In this document: one piece after another, positions 25,410-32,000 of the stretch | How positions within the stretch are numbered: position 1 is the stretch's first letter | Layout: each line of letters opens with the position of its first letter | NCBI GenBank assembly: GCA_028279805.1 | Contig: JANQMZ010000007.1 | Location: 780,001 to 812,000 of the forward strand | Length of the DNA stretch: 32,000 nucleotides | From: an archaeon | GTDB taxonomy: Archaea; Iainarchaeota; Iainarchaeia; Iainarchaeales; JANQMZ01 | Reading direction: 5' to 3' | Position numbers and translations under genes: made by a program | Notes under the pieces: generated by a model | What the model saw: only the letters and a program-made list of their open reading frames with translations | The model's database searches: none | Told to the model about the DNA's origin: nothing

Positions 25410-28372
25410 GCTGCAATTTTTTCTTTTAACTTTAATCCTATAACACTTGATTTTTGCTTGTTTAATGCAACTCCGATTATTTCATCTGCCTGTTTTATCA
25501 GTGTGTCATTGTGGGTTATTGCAATAAACTGTGATTCTTTGTTTATTTCTTTTACTATTCTGGCCATTTTAACCGAATTAACTTTATCCAAAGCTGCATC
25601 TGCTTCATCAAAAACATAAAAAGGTGCTGGATCATAAAGCTGTATTGCAAACAAAAAAGCCAGAGCTGTCAATGTTCTTTCTCCACCGGACATGCTGTCA
25701 ATGTTAAGCATTTTTTCTCCCACATGCCTTGCTTCTATAACAAGTCCGGATTCAAGCGGGTTATCTTTATCTGTTAAAGAAAGAGAACCCTCTCCCTCAA
25801 AAAAATTGTAAAACATTTTTTTGAAATGATTATTTATTTTGTTAAAACATTCCATGAACACACTTGTTCTTTTAAATTCAATTTGTTCCATTAAGTCAAG
25901 AACAGAATCTTTTTCATTTTGCAGTATTTCAACTTTGTGTTTTATTTCTTCAAGTTCTTTTTTTTGTTCCTGAAATGAATCTAAGGCTTTCATGTTAATT
26001 GTTCCGAGTTTTTCAATTTGTTTATCCAGTCTTCCAAGTTCTTGTTTTAATTCTGGTAAATTCATGTTATGTAAAACGCTTACGTTTTCAAATTCTTTAA
26101 ATTCTTCTTCCAAATCTGTAAGCCTTATTTCATTTTTTCCTTTTTCCAGTTCAAGCCTTGATTCTTCTTTTTCAAATGTTTTTATTTTTCTTTCATTGTC
26201 TTCCAGTTTTTTTTCAATTTTTTCAATTTTTAAAACAATTTTTGCTTTTTGCTCTTCTCTTTGCTTGCTTTGCTTTTCTGCTATTTTTTCCTCTTTTTCC
26301 AGATCTTTTAATTCTGATTCTATTTGCAGTATTTTTTTCTCGTTTTCCTGCATTTTTTGCTCATTTTCTTGGGTTTCTGTTTTAAGGTTTTTTATTTCTT
26401 CGCTTGTTTTTTCTTTTTCAACAGGAATCTGGACTGAAATTTTATTCTCATATGCTTTTTGTTCAGATTCCAGTAGTGTTTTTCTGGTTTCCAGTTCTGA
26501 TAATTTTTCTGACGCCTCCTTTAATTCTGTAAAATCAAATCCTTTTCTGGCATTTTCCATTTTTTCCATTGCAGATGAAGATTTTTGTTTTAATTGTTCA
26601 AGTGTTTCTTTCAATTCTGTTATTTTGTCAACATTTTCATCCGGTTTTTTTATTTTGTTTTTTAATTCGTTTATCCGGGCTTCCAGTTCTGTTTTTCTTT
26701 CCTTTAGTATTTCCAATTCTTCAACTTCTTTGTCAAGTTCTTTTTTTTCTTCCAACAGGTTTTTTAATTCTTCAAGTTTTTTTTTGTGCTCATGTTTTTC
26801 ATTAAAATGTTTTTTTCCCAAGTGTGCTAATTGTTTTTTGTTTGAATGTTTTAATTCAATTATTGCTGTTTTTGTATGACTGTTTAACTCTTTTTCACAT
26901 GTGGGGCATTTTGAAATATCTTCTTCTAAAATTTTTATTGTTTCCTGTAATGCTTCTATTTTTCCTGTAATTGTTTTTTCTTTTTCCAGGGCTTTGTCAA
27001 TTTTTGTTTCAGTTTCTTCAATAATTTGTTTTATATCAGGATTTTTTGAATTAATATTTTTTAACATTTCTTCTTTTGACAATTTTGAACCTATTTTTTC
27101 CACTATTTTTTCAATTTCTTTTTCTTTTTCATTTATTTCTTTTCTTGTAAACATGTTTTCGTTTTTAATTGATTCTATTGACAGTTCTTTTTGATTCAGT
27201 TCTTCCCTTAATATGTCCATTTGGCCTGAAATTCGTGAAAATTCTTCATTTGCTGTTTCAAAAAAATCCCTTCTTTTGTCTGCTTTTTCCTTCAATTCGT
27301 TTCTTTTCTGTTTTAAGCTTTTTACCTGGTTTTCAACATCATTTAATTCTGTTTTTGAATCTTTTATTTTTTGTTCTGTTTCCGTTTTTTCTTTTTCAAA
27401 ATTTTTTAACATTTGATTTAATTCTTCTGTTTTTTCTTTGTTTGAATAAACCTGTTTTTCTGCGGTTGAAATTTTTTCTTCATAAAGTTTTTTGAATCCT
27501 TTTTTCTTTTCTTTTTCTGATAAAATTTCAGAATAAGTTTTTTTTCCCTGTTCTAACAATTCCTGTGTTATTTTTTCAGATTTTTCCCTGTTTTCTTCAA
27601 TTTCTTTTTTTAATTCTTCTTTTTTTCCCTCGCTTTGTTCTTTGTCTTTGGCTGTGTTTTCAATTTTTTTGTTTATTTCATCAACGCTTTGTTGTATTTC
27701 TTTTTTTTCGAGTGATAAAATTGTTGCTTTTACTTTTTCCTCTTTTTTTAACAATTCCTGGTGTTGTTTTGCTGCGTTCATTTCCTCTTCCAGTTGTGAC
27801 AGGTAAACCTCTCTTTCATTCATTACAATTGTAATATCTTTTATTTTCTGGCTGACTTTTTCAAGTTCTTTCTGGGCTTCCTGTTTTTTTCCGTCAAATT
27901 CTGCCAGGCCTGCTATTTCGTCAATTATTTCCCGTCTTTCCACTGGAGATTGTGAAATAATTCTTGTAACATCTCCTTGTGCTACAATATTGTATCCGTC
28001 GTTTTTGATTTTTAATTCTGATAAGAGTGAACGTATTTCGTTTAATGTTTTTTTTTCACCGTTTAATCTGAAAAAACTTTTTCCTTTTTTGTCAATTGTT
28101 CTGCTGATATTCCATGAGTTTTTTTCATTTTTTATTTCAAGTTCAACTTTTGCATAGTTTTCAGAGCCTATGCTGTTAATCAAATCCTTTAATTTTGAGG
28201 CTCTGATAAGCTTTAAAGACGTGTTTCCAAGCACGAACAATAATGCGTCTAAAATGTTGCTTTTGCCCGAACCGTTGGGGCCTGCAATCACAGTAAATTC
28301 ATTGCTTATCGGTATTTCCGCTTTTTGAAATGATTTAAAGTTTTTTAATTTTAAATTTTTTAATTTAATCAT
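25406..28372 (-). CDS. SMC-family ATPase, 988 aa, SMC-type head with central CPTC zinc-hook-like motif
   Basis: Walker A 'GPNGSGKSNILDALLFVLG', SMC motif 'QSPVERREIIDEIAGLAEFD', long coiled coils, C489-P-T-C492, 'LNIDSMSGGERTLTALAFLFAIQLYDPAPFYVFDEADAALD'. Confidence 0.93.
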   Translation of the reverse strand: MIKLKNLKLKNFKSFQKAEIPISNEFTVIAGPNGSGKSNILDALLFVLGNTSLKLIRASKLKDLINSIGSENYAKVELEIKNEKNSWNISRTIDKKGKSFFRLNGEKKTLNEIRSLLSELKIKNDGYNIVAQGDVTRIISQSPVERREIIDEIAGLAEFDGKKQEAQKELEKVSQKIKDITIVMNEREVYLSQLEEEMNAAKQHQELLKKEEKVKATILSLEKKEIQQSVDEINKKIENTAKDKEQSEGKKEELKKEIEENREKSEKITQELLEQGKKTYSEILSEKEKKKGFKKLYEEKISTAEKQVYSNKEKTEELNQMLKNFEKEKTETEQKIKDSKTELNDVENQVKSLKQKRNELKEKADKRRDFFETANEEFSRISGQMDILREELNQKELSIESIKNENMFTRKEINEKEKEIEKIVEKIGSKLSKEEMLKNINSKNPDIKQIIEETETKIDKALEKEKTITGKIEALQETIKILEEDISKCPTCEKELNSHTKTAIIELKHSNKKQLAHLGKKHFNEKHEHKKKLEELKNLLEEKKELDKEVEELEILKERKTELEARINELKNKIKKPDENVDKITELKETLEQLKQKSSSAMEKMENARKGFDFTELKEASEKLSELETRKTLLESEQKAYENKISVQIPVEKEKTSEEIKNLKTETQENEQKMQENEKKILQIESELKDLEKEEKIAEKQSKQREEQKAKIVLKIEKIEKKLEDNERKIKTFEKEESRLELEKGKNEIRLTDLEEEFKEFENVSVLHNMNLPELKQELGRLDKQIEKLGTINMKALDSFQEQKKELEEIKHKVEILQNEKDSVLDLMEQIEFKRTSVFMECFNKINNHFKKMFYNFFEGEGSLSLTDKDNPLESGLVIEARHVGEKMLNIDSMSGGERTLTALAFLFAIQLYDPAPFYVFDEADAALDKVNSVKMARIVKEINKESQFIAITHNDTLIKQADEIIGVALNKQKSSVIGLKLKEKIAA

Positions 28373-28394
28373 TCTCTTTCCCCGTTACCGGTTG

Positions 28395-29183
28395 TTAAAT
28401 GTTTTTGTTTAATTTTTTTTTAAAATAATAAATGGCAACAGCAAGTGAATTAAAAGCATAAATGTATGCACTTGTTAGGGCAATTATTCCCAGCACAATC
28501 AAATCATCTGCAAACAAGTCTATTAGAATTGTCTGAATTTCTGAAAAAATTGTATTAGCAATTCCTATTAAAATTATGAAAACCAAAACTTTCAGAACAT
28601 TTTGTGCAACAAATTCCCAGCTTTCCCTTAACCCCTGTTTTATTGTTAAATTGTTTGCAACAACGGCAGGAATTGTAAAAATTATTCCTATTATTGCATA
28701 CAAATAAAGAACAAACAAAAGAATTGAAATTATTCCTGCCAATACCGGAATTGTTTCAAAAATAATTCCGGAAAACCATAACAATGCAGACAAAACAAAA
28801 AATAATACCATTAAAAAAACAGCGTATGTGAATGATTTTCTTATATTCTGAAAAGCAAAACTTCTTGCTTCTCTAAAATTTTGATTGTTTTCAACAGCTT
28901 TTGAATAAAAGAAAAACAAAAGTGTCTGAAGCGAAAGCATTAACAATCCCAGGACAATTCCGCTTAGCATTTCAAAAGGATAAAGCAGGAAAAGTTTTGG
29001 AACAGTTTCAACAAAAGTTGGTCCTGTAAGCCCCGGTTCTGCTGCAAGAGTTAAAAACAGGTCAATCACAGGAAATCCTATTAAAACAAATGCAACAAAT
29101 TGTATTAAAAAAATTCCCAGTGAAAAAAGCCATGCTTTTGGATTTAAAGCTGTTTTGAGTGAGCTTGCTATTGTTCCGATCAT
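28395..29183 (-). CDS. Multi-TM integral membrane protein, 262 aa
   Basis: Around six hydrophobic segments; 22 nt upstream of the SMC-like gene on the same strand. Confidence 0.8.
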   Translation of the reverse strand: MIGTIASSLKTALNPKAWLFSLGIFLIQFVAFVLIGFPVIDLFLTLAAEPGLTGPTFVETVPKLFLLYPFEMLSGIVLGLLMLSLQTLLFFFYSKAVENNQNFREARSFAFQNIRKSFTYAVFLMVLFFVLSALLWFSGIIFETIPVLAGIISILLFVLYLYAIIGIIFTIPAVVANNLTIKQGLRESWEFVAQNVLKVLVFIILIGIANTIFSEIQTILIDLFADDLIVLGIIALTSAYIYAFNSLAVAIYYFKKKLNKNI

Positions 29184-29232
29184 TTTCTCCCCTTTTTTGC
29201 AATATTATCTTTTTCCGTTTTTTTAACTCTTT

Positions 29233-30201
29233 CTATTCTTTTATCTCTATTTCGTCAATTTGGCCGTCTGAATCCAGATCCAGTCCTTCAACAGCTTTTG
29301 CTTTTATTTCATTGTCAAACAAATTGCCTTTTGCAATATCCTCAAGTTTTTTAATGAAAGCAAGAACAGCTGCTTTTGTTCCCGCATTTCTTTTTCCCGC
29401 CAAAAACAAAATGCTTTTTTTGGGAAAATTGGGATGAGCAATTTTTTCAATTACTCCGACTGAATCTTCAATGTATTCTTTTTCAGAAATTTTGCTTTTG
29501 ATAATCCATTGACCTTGTTCAAGTTCAAAATAAATGGGCAAATGTTCCATTATTTCATTACTCATCCTGTTTGTAATCGGTCCGCCTATTATAATCAGGT
29601 TATTATTTTCTTTTTCAATTCCTTTAATCATTGTGTCAAGAAAAACAATGGGATGTTTTAATTGTCCGGAAAGAGAGCCCAAAGCGCATGCGAGTTCAAC
29701 AGCCAAATGTGAATCTCTTGCTCTTGCCTTGTTTTCTCCGTGAGCATCAGGCGACCCTACAATTATTTTTGCATTAAATTTTCCGTTTGAAATAAACGGT
29801 TTTAAAAAATCTGAAATTCCCGAACTTAATTCTTTTGTTTCTCCGACAAAAACACTTTCACTTTGTTCTTCGAGTTGTTCCATGCTTGGCACTAACGTTA
29901 TGGATTTTTCTTTTGCTTTATAATATTTTGCAAAAGCTCCGCCTTTTTCTTCCGTTCTTATTAATTCAATCAGGCCTGCTTTTTTTAATTTGTTAATATA
30001 ATAATAGGCTTCCTGTCCTGACAATTTTAACTTTTTTGCAACATGCGACGGATAAGATTCTTTTTTTGACAGTTCTTTGAAAATGTTCCATGCCTTTTCA
30101 TTAAGCAAAGGTTTTACCGGTTTAATATTTTCAAAAACTTTTGTCCTGCTTTTAATTGTTTTATTGTTTTTTGTTATTTCAATTGTTTCCATAAAAAACA
30201 C
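29233..30201 (-). CDS. Winged-helix DNA-binding protein fused to an S-layer-like C-terminal domain, ending in an EF-hand-like loop
   Basis: wHTH 'SYPSHVAKKLKLSGQEAYYYINKLKKAGLIELI'; S-layer-like 'NNLIIIGGPITNRMSNEIMEHLPIYF...GVIEKIAHPNFPKKSILFLAGKRNAGTKAAVLAFI'; C-terminal 'DLDSDGQIDEIE'. Confidence 0.75.
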   Translation of the reverse strand: MFFMETIEITKNNKTIKSRTKVFENIKPVKPLLNEKAWNIFKELSKKESYPSHVAKKLKLSGQEAYYYINKLKKAGLIELIRTEEKGGAFAKYYKAKEKSITLVPSMEQLEEQSESVFVGETKELSSGISDFLKPFISNGKFNAKIIVGSPDAHGENKARARDSHLAVELACALGSLSGQLKHPIVFLDTMIKGIEKENNNLIIIGGPITNRMSNEIMEHLPIYFELEQGQWIIKSKISEKEYIEDSVGVIEKIAHPNFPKKSILFLAGKRNAGTKAAVLAFIKKLEDIAKGNLFDNEIKAKAVEGLDLDSDGQIDEIEIKE

Positions 30202-30310
30202 TAATTATTAATATATTCAAACTACTATTAATAAATTATTATAAGTAATACTAATTTTTTTAAATATTTTGCCTTACTTTGCTTAGTACTATTTACGCAA
30301 TTTAAATGGT

Positions 30311-30320
30311 TTTTAAATAC
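30311..30320 (+). promoter_or_regulatory. Candidate TATA box upstream of glmS (TTTTTAAATA)
   Basis: A/T box in 'ggtttttaaatacttaaac', about 40 nt before ATG 30357, with GGTG just before the start. Confidence 0.45.
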
Positions 30321-30356
30321 TTAAACTGAGCATTTATTTGATTTTTTGGTGAAAAA

Positions 30357-32000
30357 ATGTGCGGAATTACCGGTTACAAGGGTTCAAAACAGGCATCTGA
30401 AATTGTTTTTCAAGGATTAAAAAAACTTGAATACCGTGGTTATGATTCATGGGGGCTGGCTGCCAAAAACAATGATTCAATTTTAGTTCAAAAACAGGCA
30501 GGCAAAATTTCAGAAGCTGTTGTAAAAAAATTTCCTGAAAATCATCTCGCCATTGCACATACGCGGTGGGCAACCCATGGCAGCGTTTCAGAAAAAAATG
30601 CCCATCCTCATTTTTCACAGAACAAAAAAATTGCTCTTGTTCATAACGGAATTGTTGAAAACTTTCAGGAATTAAAAAAATTTTTAACAGAAAAAGGATT
30701 CTCTTTCAAATCCGATACTGACACTGAAATTATTCCAAACCTGGTTGAATATTTTTTGTCAAAAAACAAAAATTTTAAAAACGCGGTAATAAGTGCGTTG
30801 CAAAAAATTGAAGGTTCTTTTGCAGTTGTTGCAGTTAACTCAGATTCAAATGAATTAATCGGTGCGAAAAACGGTTCGCCTTTAATTGTAGGCTTAAAAG
30901 ATGAAGAATTTTTTATAGCTTCAGACGTTCCGGCTTTTCTTGATTTTACAAAAAAAATTGTTTTTTTGAATGACAACGAACTTGTTTCAATTAATTCTCA
31001 GCCTGAATTTTTTAATATTGAAAACGGAAAAAAAATTTTAAAAAAAACTGAAACAATTTCCTGGTCTTTGGAGCAGGCAAAAAAAGGTTCTTTTTCCACT
31101 TTTATGTTAAAAGAAATCAATGAGCATCCTCAGGCTATAAGACAGGCTGCAGAGCAGGACCCGGTTAAAATGAAAAAAGTTGCAAATCTGTTAAAAAATT
31201 CGGATAAAATTTTTTTAACAGGCTGCGGTTCATCTTATCATGCCTGCCTTTCCGGGCAGGATTGGTTTTCAAAACTTGCCCGAAAACACGTAAATGTTGT
31301 GTTAAGCTCTGAATTTAAAAATTTTCAGAATTTTGTTAACAGCAAAACAGTTGTTGTGGCTGTATCCCAAAGCGGTGAAACAGCTGATGTGCTGGATGCT
31401 GTTAAAAGAGCTAGATTAAAAAATGCAAAAATTGTTTCAATTGTAAATGTTCAGGGTTCAACGTTAACAAGGTTAAGCGATGAAACAATAATGCTTAACT
31501 CAGGCCCGGAAATTTGTGTTCTGTCAACAAAAACTTATTCAGCTCAGCTAACCGTTTTAATGCTTTTGGCTTCTTTTTTGGGACAAAAACAGGATGAAAT
31601 AAAAAAACTTATTCAGAAAACTGTTTCATTTATTCCCGACCTGGTTAAGGATTTTAATACGAAAGCGGAACAACTTGCTCAAAAAATTGCATCTCAAAAA
31701 AACATTTTTGTTATCGGCAGAAACACGATGTTTGCCTCTGCACTTGAAGCCGCTTTAAAAATAAAGGAAGTGAGTTATATTCATGCAGAGGGATTTGCCG
31801 GAGGAGAATTAAAACACGGAACAATTGCTTTAATTGAAAAAAATGTTCCTGCTTTTATTTTATCAACAAACAATTCAAGAAAAGAAATTTTAAGCAATGC
31901 AATGGAAATAAAATCAAGAGGCGGAATGATTATAGGCTTGGATTCCGAGGAAAATGATTTGTTTGATTTTTTCTTTAAAGTTCCCGATGTTAATTTTGCC
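30357..32000 (+). CDS. glmS: Glutamine--fructose-6-phosphate aminotransferase (isomerizing); open at right edge and absent from the ORF track
   Basis: Manual translation: MCGITGYKG...LEYRGYDSWGLA...AHTRWATHGSVSEKNAHPH...LVHNGIVENF, then SIS domains 'LTGCGSSYHA', 'VAVSQSGETADVLDAVKRA', 'EVSYIHAEGFAGGELKHGTIALIE'. Starts at Cys2, typical of Ntn amidotransferases. Confidence 0.96.
   Translation, partial: MCGITGYKGSKQASEIVFQGLKKLEYRGYDSWGLAAKNNDSILVQKQAGKISEAVVKKFPENHLAIAHTRWATHGSVSEKNAHPHFSQNKKIALVHNGIVENFQELKKFLTEKGFSFKSDTDTEIIPNLVEYFLSKNKNFKNAVISALQKIEGSFAVVAVNSDSNELIGAKNGSPLIVGLKDEEFFIASDVPAFLDFTKKIVFLNDNELVSINSQPEFFNIENGKKILKKTETISWSLEQAKKGSFSTFMLKEINEHPQAIRQAAEQDPVKMKKVANLLKNSDKIFLTGCGSSYHACLSGQDWFSKLARKHVNVVLSSEFKNFQNFVNSKTVVVAVSQSGETADVLDAVKRARLKNAKIVSIVNVQGSTLTRLSDETIMLNSGPEICVLSTKTYSAQLTVLMLLASFLGQKQDEIKKLIQKTVSFIPDLVKDFNTKAEQLAQKIASQKNIFVIGRNTMFASALEAALKIKEVSYIHAEGFAGGELKHGTIALIEKNVPAFILSTNNSRKEILSNAMEIKSRGGMIIGLDSEENDLFDFFFKVPDVNFA

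Noticed and set aside
25992-27834. Long plus-strand ORFs (up to 295 aa) inside the SMC-like gene
   Set aside because: They are antisense to coiled-coil codons and give Phe/Ser/Leu-rich nonsense translations, a typical shadow of Glu/Lys-rich coding sequence.

Overview
AT-rich, gene-dense archaeal chromosome segment, probably DPANN or a similarly divergent euryarchaeal-type lineage. The lineage call is an inference from GatE, archaeal L10/L12, Spt5/NusG, SecE, archaeal-type GlyRS and GlmS. Recognisable content: the C-terminal part of GlyRS; three tRNAs (Thr-CGT, Ile-GAT, Gln-TTG); an MBL-fold nuclease-like protein; an overlapping aspS-asnS-IMPase run; a YjbQ-family protein; a dual winged-helix regulator; an ABC-2 exporter; PGI/PMI isomerase; GatE; a large secreted DUF2341-like protein; an ftsZ-secE-nusG-rpl11-rpl1-rpl10-rpl12 cluster; a geranylgeranyl reductase-like flavoprotein; a membrane-anchored Lon-type (S16) protease; and glmS, truncated at the right edge. 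The most interesting locus is about 25.4-30.2 kb on the minus strand. It is a three-gene run: winged-helix + S-layer-like domain + EF-hand-like loop protein, a multi-TM protein, and an SMC-headed ATPase whose exact midpoint carries a Rad50-type CPTC zinc-hook motif in place of a recognisable SMC hinge. I saw no CRISPR array, transposase, integrase or phage genes.
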